Positions 20,852-29,596 of a DNA stretch of 64,000 bases are shown one piece after another. The first letter of the stretch is position 1; each line of letters opens with the position of its first letter. A model generated the notes under the pieces. That model worked only from the letters and a program-made list of their open reading frames with translations, was not told the DNA's origin and did not search any database. The DNA lies in contig CAWJWJ010000002.1 in assembly GCA_963846575.1 (NCBI GenBank), positions 1,056,001-1,120,000 on the forward strand, given 5' to 3'. The position numbers were made by a program, and so were the translations under genes. The DNA comes from an uncultured Nitrospiraceae bacterium. Lineage in GTDB: Bacteria > Nitrospirota > Nitrospiria > Nitrospirales > Nitrospiraceae.

Positions 20852-22537
20852 CTAGATCTTGAAACCACCCACAATGCCCTGGAGTTCGACTGCCAACTGA
20901 CTCAGGTCCTGACTGGCCTTCGCGGACTCATGCGCTCCGGATGACGAGTCCTTGGTGACCTTTGCGACCTGCTCGATGTCGCTCGCAATCTGCTGGGTCG
21001 CCACCGACTGCTCTTCCGAGGCGACGGCAATCTGCCGGATCATGTCGGCGCTTTCTGAGACCATGCGTACGATCTGCGAGAGGGCCTCGCCGGTCCGATT
21101 GACCAGATCCACGCCGGCGGTCACCTTCTGCGTCCCTTGTTGCATGGACTCGACGGCACCCCGGGTATCCTGCTGGATCTGTCGAATCATATCGCCGATT
21201 TCCTTCGTCGCTTTGGTCGTTCGCTCCGCGAGTTTGCGGACTTCATCGGCCACGACGGCGAATCCGCGCCCCTGCTCACCGGCACGGGCGGCTTCGATTG
21301 CCGCATTGAGGGCCAGCAAGTTCGTCTGATCGGCAATATCCTCGATCGTTCCCACGATTTCCCCGATCTGATCGGATGACTTGCCGAGTGCAGAAATGAT
21401 CGTTGCTGAGCTGGAGACGGCGTCAGACAGCTGCTGCATGCCGGAAATGGTGGTGGACACCACAGTCCCGCCCTCTTGCGCAGTTTTGACCGTCGCTTGC
21501 GCCAGACCGGCCGCTTTGTTCGAATTTTGTGCTACTTGCCCGACGGTCGTTGTCATTTCCTCCACCGCGGCAGCCGTTTGAGTGGCTCGTGACGTCAGGC
21601 TGTCAGTCCCCTTGGAAATTTCTTCGGCCGTCGCGGACAATTCCACCGACGCGGAGGCGACCTTGTCCGTGACGTGAGCCACCTTCTTGATCATCTGTTG
21701 CAGCTTTCCGATGAATTCATTGAAGTAGTTGCCCATGTGCGCGATTTCGTCGTTGCCCTCACAAGGCACACGCTTGGTGAGATCGCCCTCGCCCTCCGCA
21801 ATATCCTTGGAGATCTCGCTCATCCGTGCCAGCGGCTTCAGCACGATGTTGCGCAGGAGGAAATAGGTCACGGACATGATGATCACGACAATACCCGCCA
21901 TCAGTCCGCCGGTCTGCCACATGGAGCGATTGGACAGGGCAATCGCTTCCCCCATCGGAATCGTGAGGGTCAACATCCCCAGCGTATCGCCGACTTTGTT
22001 GTTGGTATGGCAGCTCAAGCAGGCGACGGTCGTGGCTTTGTCCGCCACGGCCCGCCGGAACGTTTCGACGCCATTCACGTCGTCGCGGCGTGTATAACTA
22101 TCGGCTCCGCTCATAATGGCTCTGATCGCCTCGTTCTCAAAATTGTCTTTCGGTGCATTCATGGGATTCAACGGACTTTGACTGACCAGGCGGGCATTAT
22201 AAGACCCGGTTTTAGACGCTTCCTCTCCCATTTCCCTGACGGCTGTTGCGGGTAATGGAATGGCATCGGGCAGGCCCATGTGGTCCTTGACCACCTGGAT
22301 ATCTCCTCCGGCTTTTGATTTTTTGATTTTGTTCACATAGTTCTGGGTGATATACGCCCGTGTGATCATGATCTGCGTGCTGATGACGTTGGCGCGCCCC
22401 GTCAGCATCGTCCCCATCTTGCTCTCTTCCTGCTGGTACAGGACAAAGAGCCCGAGCATTACAACCAGCAACGACACAGCAAGGATTGATATCGTGAACT
22501 TGGGCCCAATCGTCATATTCTTCATGATGCTCCCCAT
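20852..22537 (-). CDS. Methyl-accepting chemotaxis protein with a periplasmic CxxCH (DUF3365/Tll0287-like) sensor and HAMP
   Basis: Two TM helices; [10 protein letters not shown] and ACLSCH; HAMP (GDLT..DEI); signalling tip [34 protein letters not shown]. Confidence 0.95.
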   Translation of the reverse strand: MGSIMKNMTIGPKFTISILAVSLLVVMLGLFVLYQQEESKMGTMLTGRANVISTQIMITRAYITQNYVNKIKKSKAGGDIQVVKDHMGLPDAIPLPATAVREMGEEASKTGSYNARLVSQSPLNPMNAPKDNFENEAIRAIMSGADSYTRRDDVNGVETFRRAVADKATTVACLSCHTNNKVGDTLGMLTLTIPMGEAIALSNRSMWQTGGLMAGIVVIIMSVTYFLLRNIVLKPLARMSEISKDIAEGEGDLTKRVPCEGNDEIAHMGNYFNEFIGKLQQMIKKVAHVTDKVASASVELSATAEEISKGTDSLTSRATQTAAAVEEMTTTVGQVAQNSNKAAGLAQATVKTAQEGGTVVSTTISGMQQLSDAVSSSATIISALGKSSDQIGEIVGTIEDIADQTNLLALNAAIEAARAGEQGRGFAVVADEVRKLAERTTKATKEIGDMIRQIQQDTRGAVESMQQGTQKVTAGVDLVNRTGEALSQIVRMVSESADMIRQIAVASEEQSVATQQIASDIEQVAKVTKDSSSGAHESAKASQDLSQLAVELQGIVGGFKI

Positions 22538-22792
22538 GATGCTGCCGACCTCCTCCATTATGATTGATGAAACAACGTGTCGCGCCCACGAGCCAGAGGT
22601 TTGCCGTCCACTCTGAAAGGCCAACCCGCTGTCGCTTCGCACCCGACTTCCATCCCGGCATGTGCCATGCCGCCGATGGTCTACGAACTCTTTGACTACG
22701 GCTCTACTCCTCCTCGCTGTCTTCCTGGCGCATGCATTCGCATGTCACTCCCGCGGGCCCTCTTCACCTGTTGGTATGGGAGGTCGCGTCGG

Positions 22793-22820
22793 ACCGAGCC
22801 CTCGGTGACGAGGGCTCAGT
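22793..22820 (-). terminator. Strong hairpin downstream of cheV (no U tract)
   Basis: ACCGAGCCCTCG-GTGA-CGAGGGCTCAGT inverted repeat. Confidence 0.45.
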
Positions 22821-22850
22821 GCGGTTGTTCCGGCCTGCCGGACGTCGAAT

Positions 22851-23831
22851 TCAGGCTGCCTTGCTGGTCTCCTGTGCGGGGGGACTGAGATGAGTGGTTA
22901 GTTTTTCGCGCAGGATTTTTGCGTCGAACTTGGTGATGTAGTCCGATGCGCCGACCATTCTTCCCTTCTCGATGTTGCAGGTGCCTGTGAGAGAAGAATG
23001 GAGGATCACAGGGAGATGGGCGAGCCTGGGATCTGTCCGGATGTGCTTGGTGAGCGTGAACCCATCCATATCCGGCATCTCGATGTCGCTCAGAATGCCA
23101 TGAATCTGATCCACTCGCGACTTGCCTTCTTCCGTGGCCTGATCCGCGAGTTCCTGCAATTTGGTCCAGGCCTCCCCGCCGGTGGTGGTCATGATGTACG
23201 ACATTTCAAAACGATCCAGCGCTTTGCGGATTTGCGTTCTTGCCACGGAGGAGTCGTCTGCAAACAGAATACACTTCGCCTGCAACGCTGGAGATGCGAC
23301 CAGGCCTGCGAAGAGGTCATCGTCGGTCCGGGGGCAGATATCATGCAGCACTTTTTCCACGTCGAGAATGAGCACCATGCGACCATCGTCCAGCATGGTG
23401 ACGGCTGTGACCGCCCCCTTACTATTTTCTCTGACGATGGTCGGCGGCGTTTTGATGGCCGACCAGGAAAACCGCATGATGCGATCGACGCCGGCTACGA
23501 GGAATCCCTGCAGGCTGGCGTTGTATTCGGACACGATCAGATAGGGGGAGGTTGCCGAGAGGCTTGTGTCTGGTTCCAGGTCAGACCCGAGGTTCATGCT
23601 GCTTCTGAGGCCGACGACAGGAACCATCACACCCCTGATATTGGCCATGCCCACGATGCGGCTGTCGGCCTCCGGAACCTTGGTGAGTTCGGGAAGTTTC
23701 ATGACTTCCCGGACCTTGAACACGTTGATGCCGAAGATTTCGTTGGTGCCCAGCTTGAACAGCAGGAGTTCCATTTGATTCGCGCCGGCCAGCCTGGTCC
23801 GGGCATCGATTTCAGTGATGAGATTTGACAT
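22851..23831 (-). CDS. cheV: Chemotaxis protein CheV (CheW plus receiver)
   Basis: NQMELLLF, GINVFKVREV, ILDVEK, ADDSSVAR and SDIEMPDMDG motifs. Confidence 0.95.
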   Translation of the reverse strand: MSNLITEIDARTRLAGANQMELLLFKLGTNEIFGINVFKVREVMKLPELTKVPEADSRIVGMANIRGVMVPVVGLRSSMNLGSDLEPDTSLSATSPYLIVSEYNASLQGFLVAGVDRIMRFSWSAIKTPPTIVRENSKGAVTAVTMLDDGRMVLILDVEKVLHDICPRTDDDLFAGLVASPALQAKCILFADDSSVARTQIRKALDRFEMSYIMTTTGGEAWTKLQELADQATEEGKSRVDQIHGILSDIEMPDMDGFTLTKHIRTDPRLAHLPVILHSSLTGTCNIEKGRMVGASDYITKFDAKILREKLTTHLSPPAQETSKAA

Positions 23832-23911
23832 GGTTCCTCCGATGACCTCCGCTCTCATTCATGGTGTTTGTTGGGTGATACTTGCCAGGCCTCTCGCCGG
23901 CGTCTCTTGAT

Positions 23912-25783
23912 CTAGGCGGCAGCTCCAATGGCATGCCAGGCGCGGGCGTTCTGGACCAGTTCGGAGGTGTCGAGGATGAGGACCACCTTGCCCTCGCCGG
24001 TGATCGTGGCGCCCGAGACGCCCTTGACGGTTTCGAGATAATCCCAGATGGACTTGATGACGACCTCCTCCTGGGAGCGCAGCTCGTCGACGACCACGCC
24101 GACCCGGCGATCGCCCAGGGCGGCCACCACGACATAGAACCGCTCGCGGTCGGCATCGGTGGGAATGTCGAACTCCTGCGCCAGGCGGATCAGCGGCAAC
24201 ACCCGATCGCGCAGGTGCAGCACCTCCCGCCCGTTGATGGTCTTGATGTCGCTCCGGGAAATGCGGACCGCCTCGATGACGGTACTGAGGGGGATGGCGA
24301 AAATCGACTGTTCCACCTCCACCATCAGGGCCTGGATGATCGCGATGGTCAGGGGCAGCTTGATGATGATCTGGCTGCCCTTGCCCGCCTCGGATTCGAG
24401 GTCGACGCTGCCGTTGATCTTCCGGATGTTGGTGCGGACGACATCCATGCCGACGCCGCGGCCGGACACGTCGGTGACCTGCTCGGCCGTGCTGAAGCCC
24501 GGCAGGAAGATGAGGTTCAGGACTTCGCGATGCTCCATGGTCGCGAGCTCGGCCTCGCTGATGAGGCCCTTGGCCAGCGCCTTGGCCTTGATCTTGTCCA
24601 CCGGAATGCCGCGCCCGTCGTCGTTGATCCGGATGACGATGCTGTTGCCCTCCTGGCTGGCGGCAATGGTCAACTGCCCCTCGCCGGGTTTGCCCTTGGC
24701 CTGGCGTTCCGCCGGGGTTTCGATGCCGTGGTCGATGGCGTTGCGGACCAGGTGGACGAGCGGGTCGCCGATTTCGTCGGCCACCGACTTATCGAGTTCG
24801 GTCTCCTCGCCGCGCATCTCCAGCCGCACCTGCTTGTTCAATTTCTGGGAGAGGTCCCGGACCATGCGCGGGAGCTTCGCAAAGACTTTTTTGATCGGGA
24901 GCATGCGCGTCTTCATGACGGCCAGTTGCAGATCGGTCGTCACCAGGTTGAGTTGGGCCAGGGTTTCGCTCAGGACGCGGACCTGCGGATCCGACTCATG
25001 GTTCTGCTCGAGCTGCGTGCCGATCTTGATCAGGCGGTTGCGGCCGAGGACCAACTCGCCGACGAGGTTCATGACGCTGTCGAGGCGCTTGGTTTCCACG
25101 CGGATGGTGGCGTCTTCTTCGGCCGGTTTGGGCTGTTTTTCCTGTTTGTGGAGGGCCTGATCCAGCGCGCGCTCGGTAATGGCCTTGGCCTGGAGGAGAA
25201 TCTCGCCCAGGGGGGTCTTGGGGTCCGGCTGATGTTGCTGCGCATTGAGGGCATCGAGCACCTGATCCTTGGAGGCCAGGCCCTCGGTCACCAGAATCTC
25301 GCCGAGCGTGGGGGCCGGCTCGGGCGGGGCGACGGGGGGGCCGGCCGCCGGGGCGGCCGCGGGCGGCGGCGTGGCGGGCGCCGCTGCGCCGGACTTCCCC
25401 GCCAGAATCTCGTCCAACGTGGCGGCGATGGCCGCGGTCGCGACATGGGTGTCGGTGCCGGACTCCCGGATGTCGGCCATGAGGGCCTTGATGACATCGA
25501 CGGTCTCGAGAATGACGCTGATGATGCGGGGGCTCACGGCCATGTCGCCCTGCCGCAGTTTGTTCAGAATGTTCTCGCCCCGATGGGCGACGTCCACCAG
25601 ATGGGTAAACCCGAGAAAACCGGCCGAGCCCTTCATGCTATGCATGGCCCGGAAGATCTCGTTGAGCAGGGCCGTGTTGCCGGGGTCGGCCTCCAACGTC
25701 ACGAACCGCTGATCCAGCACCTCCAGCATCTCGTGCGACTCGGTCAGAAAGTCGTTGAGTATTTCCTGCATTTCATCGCTCAT
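23912..25783 (-). CDS. cheA: Chemotaxis histidine kinase CheA
   Basis: Hpt IFRAMHSMKGSAG; TIRV..RLD; HLVRNAIDHG; DDGRG; GFST..SGRGVGMDVV; C-terminal CheW-like domain. Confidence 0.97.
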   Translation of the reverse strand: MSDEMQEILNDFLTESHEMLEVLDQRFVTLEADPGNTALLNEIFRAMHSMKGSAGFLGFTHLVDVAHRGENILNKLRQGDMAVSPRIISVILETVDVIKALMADIRESGTDTHVATAAIAATLDEILAGKSGAAAPATPPPAAAPAAGPPVAPPEPAPTLGEILVTEGLASKDQVLDALNAQQHQPDPKTPLGEILLQAKAITERALDQALHKQEKQPKPAEEDATIRVETKRLDSVMNLVGELVLGRNRLIKIGTQLEQNHESDPQVRVLSETLAQLNLVTTDLQLAVMKTRMLPIKKVFAKLPRMVRDLSQKLNKQVRLEMRGEETELDKSVADEIGDPLVHLVRNAIDHGIETPAERQAKGKPGEGQLTIAASQEGNSIVIRINDDGRGIPVDKIKAKALAKGLISEAELATMEHREVLNLIFLPGFSTAEQVTDVSGRGVGMDVVRTNIRKINGSVDLESEAGKGSQIIIKLPLTIAIIQALMVEVEQSIFAIPLSTVIEAVRISRSDIKTINGREVLHLRDRVLPLIRLAQEFDIPTDADRERFYVVVAALGDRRVGVVVDELRSQEEVVIKSIWDYLETVKGVSGATITGEGKVVLILDTSELVQNARAWHAIGAAA

Positions 25784-25862
25784 AACCCACCTCAGTTAAA
25801 CCCAATTGTGCCGCCGGATCATGGCCGGCTCCCGTGGTGTGAACCTATGTATGAGGAATCCA

Positions 25863-26243
25863 CTATTTGAAGATCTTGTTGATCTTTTCCTGCATCGTCT
25901 CGGCGGTGAAGGGTTTGACCACGTAATTGCTCACGCCGGCCTTGACGGCTTCCATCAGATTCTCTTTCTGCGCCTCGGCCGTCACCATCAACACGGGGAT
26001 GGCTTTCAGCTTCTCGTCGGCCCGGATGGCACGCAACAGGTCGATGCCCATCATGACGGGCATATTCCAGTCGGACACGACGAAGCCGTAGTTGTCGGCC
26101 TGCAGTTTCGTCAAAGCGTCCTGACCGTTTTCCGCTTCTTCCAGGTTGTTGAAGCCGAGTTGTTTGAGGATATTCTTGACGATCCGCCGCATGGTGGACA
26201 TGTCATCGACGACGAGAATTTTCATATTGAGGTCTGCCGGCAT
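25863..26243 (-). CDS. cheY: Chemotaxis response regulator CheY
   Basis: [22 protein letters not shown] and YVVKPF motifs. Confidence 0.97.
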   Translation of the reverse strand: MPADLNMKILVVDDMSTMRRIVKNILKQLGFNNLEEAENGQDALTKLQADNYGFVVSDWNMPVMMGIDLLRAIRADEKLKAIPVLMVTAEAQKENLMEAVKAGVSNYVVKPFTAETMQEKINKIFK

Positions 26244-26328
26244 GTAGCGTTCTCCTATTGTCGCGCAAGCGTGCTTCGTCGGACCGGTGGATCCTGTTCA
26301 CTGTTGAGTCGAGATGGAGCCGGGCAAT

Positions 26329-26375
26329 AAAAAAGCGCAACCTGCAATCTCAACTGTGAGACTGCGTGAGTGCGC
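26329..26375 (-). terminator. Intrinsic terminator/attenuator about 85 nt upstream of cheY
   Basis: Minus strand GCGCA-CTCAC-GCAGTCTCA-CAGT-TGAGATTGC-AGGT-TGCGC followed by TTTTTTATT. Confidence 0.6.
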
Positions 26376-26783
26376 CTTCCACTTGCAGGTCTGTCTCCTG
26401 CCCGCTCAGGCCGGCCGGATCTGCAACCCGACCATGCTCGTTATGTAGGAGGACTTCTCGGTCGGTTATTGCGGAAACTTTACCGGCGGCCCGGTGGAGG
26501 CCTTGCGGCGGGGGCAGGCCGGCCTGGTTTTCCAGGCTGAAGTGGGCGGAAGACAGAGCCGAACCGGCTGCCAGTAGACCAACCGTCCACCGGGGGAAAT
26601 GGCGGACTCAAGTAGGCAGATGAGTCCATCATCCCCTATGTGGGAAGAGGTGAGGGTGGTTCCCCAGTAGGGGCTACCATTCCAAGCCTCCAAGGGTCGT
26701 GTGAGATGGCGCTGTCACTGTTTCCGCTGCGAGGCTGCATGCTATAGTACGCTCCTTTCTGAACGTAACGAGTGAGGATTTTC

Positions 26784-28172
26784 ATGAAGCAGATCATGAT
26801 GGTCGGAGCCGGTTCAGTAGGCGGTTTTTTCGGGGCGCATCTTGCCAAGCAGGACCCCAACGTGTCGTTGTTGCTTCGTCCGGGAACGTTGGCGGCGGTG
26901 CAGCGCCGGGGCCTCACGATCAAGAGCGCCAAGGGAAATTTCACCGTCCATCCGCCGGCCGCCTCCGACCCGCGACAACTGGCCAGGCCGGATCTCATCA
27001 TCCTTGGCGTGAAGGCCTACGACCTGGACGAGGTCATGGCACAGCTGGAGCCGGTGCTGACCGACCGGACCGTCCTTCTCACGCTGCAGAACGGCATCGA
27101 TACGGAGGATCGCATTATTGCGCGACTGCATCGCGACTGTGTGGTCGGCGGGGTGGCCTTCATCTATTCGAAGATCGTGGAGCCGGGGGTGATTGAACAT
27201 TACAAGCGCGGCGGAGTGGCGATCGGCGAACTGATGGGGCACAAGAGCGAGCGTCTCCTGCAGATCGCGGAGATCTTCAAGCAGGCCGGCATCCCTTGCC
27301 AGATCAGCGAAGATATTCGGAAGAGCAAATGGGAAAAGATGTGCTGGAATTGCGTCTTCAACCCGGTCACCGTGTTGATCGACGACAAGGTGGCGAAAGC
27401 ACTCGACCATCCGGAAATGGCCGGCGTGATCCGTCAGATTGTCGGCGAGGTCGCAGCCCTGTCGGCCGCGTTGAAGGTTCCACTTGCGCCGGATATGGCC
27501 GAGAAGGTGGTGAAATGGACGCAGGAGCTCCGCGACATCCACACGTCGATGTACGACGACTGGAAAGCCAAACGGCCGACCGAGATCGACTATTTGAACG
27601 GCTACATCGTGCGTCTGGGACGGGAGCTGGGCATTCCGACCCCGGTCAATGAAGCGCTGACGGCCATGGTAAAGGCCGTCACGGAAAGAGAACCGTCCGG
27701 TCCCGGGGTCATCCGGATCGATGGCGCCGTCGTTCAGCCGGTGTCCCTGACCCGTGCGGCGTTATCGCAATTGCCGCAGGAACATCACGTCCCGGACGTC
27801 AGCCAGGTGATGCCGGCCATGCGGGGCCGGGCGATCAGGGTCAAAGGCCTCCTCGAAGTTCCGGCCCTCGCGGTCGATGCCGACCACGTCACCTTCCATT
27901 CCGTCGACGGCCAATATGCCGCGACCTTGACGCTTCAAGAGGCGCAGAGCTTCGGGTTGCTGCTTTACGAACTCGACGGACAGCCCCTGCCGGACGGCAA
28001 GGGCGGTCCCTATCGATTGGTCGCACCCGGCTTGGGCGATCTCTGCGCGAATGTGAAGGGTGTCGGGCGGATCGAATTGCGGGTGGGTCGCGGAAAGGAT
28101 ACGAGGCCGTCGGTCAGGCCTCCCGAGTGCACGCCAGGCGGGAACAGCCGGGGAGACTCAGGTGGCGGATGA
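26784..28172 (+). CDS. panE: Ketopantoate reductase fused to a C-terminal molybdopterin-oxidoreductase-like domain
   Basis: GAGSVGG, VKAYD, LQNG, KWEKM..N, SMYDD and TEIDYLNG motifs; C-terminal LYELDGQPLP..GGPYRLV..VKGV. Confidence 0.85.
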   Translation: MKQIMMVGAGSVGGFFGAHLAKQDPNVSLLLRPGTLAAVQRRGLTIKSAKGNFTVHPPAASDPRQLARPDLIILGVKAYDLDEVMAQLEPVLTDRTVLLTLQNGIDTEDRIIARLHRDCVVGGVAFIYSKIVEPGVIEHYKRGGVAIGELMGHKSERLLQIAEIFKQAGIPCQISEDIRKSKWEKMCWNCVFNPVTVLIDDKVAKALDHPEMAGVIRQIVGEVAALSAALKVPLAPDMAEKVVKWTQELRDIHTSMYDDWKAKRPTEIDYLNGYIVRLGRELGIPTPVNEALTAMVKAVTEREPSGPGVIRIDGAVVQPVSLTRAALSQLPQEHHVPDVSQVMPAMRGRAIRVKGLLEVPALAVDADHVTFHSVDGQYAATLTLQEAQSFGLLLYELDGQPLPDGKGGPYRLVAPGLGDLCANVKGVGRIELRVGRGKDTRPSVRPPECTPGGNSRGDSGGG

Positions 28173-29495
28173 ACGGAACACCTGAATCGATTTCCATCGT
28201 TCCGACCGATACCGCCACAACATCAGTCCCATCCGCACGGTCCAGTCCACGATCATTGCCAGCCAGACATAGAACACTCCCAGGCCCAGCCAATAACCGG
28301 TGACAAAGGCGATCGGGATCCGTACGCCCCACATGCCGATCATTGTGGCCATCATGATGAATCGGGTGTCTCCTGCGCCGCGCAACGATCCGGCCAAGAC
28401 CATGGTGAGTGCCAGCGGCACTTGGAGCAGTGCCACGATCTTCAGAAAGACGGTGCCCAAATCGATGACCGCTTCATCGCTGGTAAAGGCACGGAGCAGG
28501 ACGTAGGGAAAGAAAAAAAACACCACCCCCATGGTGGACATGATGTAGGTAGCCAGCCGGTTCGCCTCCCAGTTTTCAAGTTTGGCCCGGGTATATTTTC
28601 CGGCCCCGATACTCTGCCCCACCATGGTCGCGGCGGCGATGGCAAAGCCGTACCCCGGCAGAAAGGAGAGAGATTCAATCGAAAGTCCCACCTGATGGGC
28701 GGCATAGGAGATCGTGCCGTAGACCAGCACAATCTTCGTGTACAGCAGAATTCCGGCCTGCTGGACGATGCGCTCGCCCGAGACTGGCGCGCCCACAGTC
28801 CAGATGGTGCGGACCAGATCGAATCTGAGCCGCTTCGAGGGTCGAAGGATAGACCGGCAGCGGGAGAAGAGAAAGAGCGAGCCGGCCGCTTCCGCAATTC
28901 CGACGGCAACGGCGGCGCCCGGCACGCCGAACGCGGGAAATCCCCACCGACCATAGATCAGCGGATAGGCAATGGAGATGTGAAGCAGATTGACCATGAT
29001 CATGGCGTACATCGGCGTCTTGGTGTCGCCGGTGCCCTGGAGAATCGACGAGAGCACCGCGAGAAGTATGGTGAACGGAATGACCAAAAAGATCAGAGTG
29101 GAGTAGGGCAGTGCGAGAACAATGACCTCTGCCTGCGCGCCGAGTGACTCCATGACCAGTCTGTTCGCAGATAGGCCGAGTATGGCCAGCCCGACCGAGA
29201 CCAGGACGGACAGACCAAGAAAGTGCCGGGCGGCCTGTCCCGCCTCTTCATAGCGACGGGCACCCCACTGTTGCGCAATAATGACGTTTGTTCCGACCGA
29301 GAGTCCGGAGACCAGCGTGGTGGCGATAAAGGCGAGTAATTGGCCCAGGCCGACGGCAGCAATAGGAATGGCGCCAAGTCCTCCCACCAGAAAGACCGCG
29401 ACAATGCCCTCAGTCCGTTGCAGCAGGCTGCTGACTGTGACGGGGAGGGCAAGGCTCATCACTGAGCGTCGGATTTGCGCGATACCGTTGGCCAT
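28158..29495 (-). CDS. MATE family efflux transporter
   Basis: About 12 hydrophobic segments; QGTGDTKTPM, VGQSIGAG and LRGAGDT motifs. Confidence 0.93.
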   Translation of the reverse strand: MANGIAQIRRSVMSLALPVTVSSLLQRTEGIVAVFLVGGLGAIPIAAVGLGQLLAFIATTLVSGLSVGTNVIIAQQWGARRYEEAGQAARHFLGLSVLVSVGLAILGLSANRLVMESLGAQAEVIVLALPYSTLIFLVIPFTILLAVLSSILQGTGDTKTPMYAMIMVNLLHISIAYPLIYGRWGFPAFGVPGAAVAVGIAEAAGSLFLFSRCRSILRPSKRLRFDLVRTIWTVGAPVSGERIVQQAGILLYTKIVLVYGTISYAAHQVGLSIESLSFLPGYGFAIAAATMVGQSIGAGKYTRAKLENWEANRLATYIMSTMGVVFFFFPYVLLRAFTSDEAVIDLGTVFLKIVALLQVPLALTMVLAGSLRGAGDTRFIMMATMIGMWGVRIPIAFVTGYWLGLGVFYVWLAMIVDWTVRMGLMLWRYRSERWKSIQVFRSSAT

Positions 29496-29596
29496 GGGGC
29501 GTCATCCTACCAGAAGTCGACCGGATGCGCGGGTGTCTCCTGTCCGGCGATGGGACTGGACAATCGAATGAAAGCTTCGGTAGCCTGCAAGATCCT

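Noticed and set aside
23882..25870. 662-aa plus-strand ORF
   Set aside because: Antisense shadow of cheA caused by codon bias; no motifs of its own
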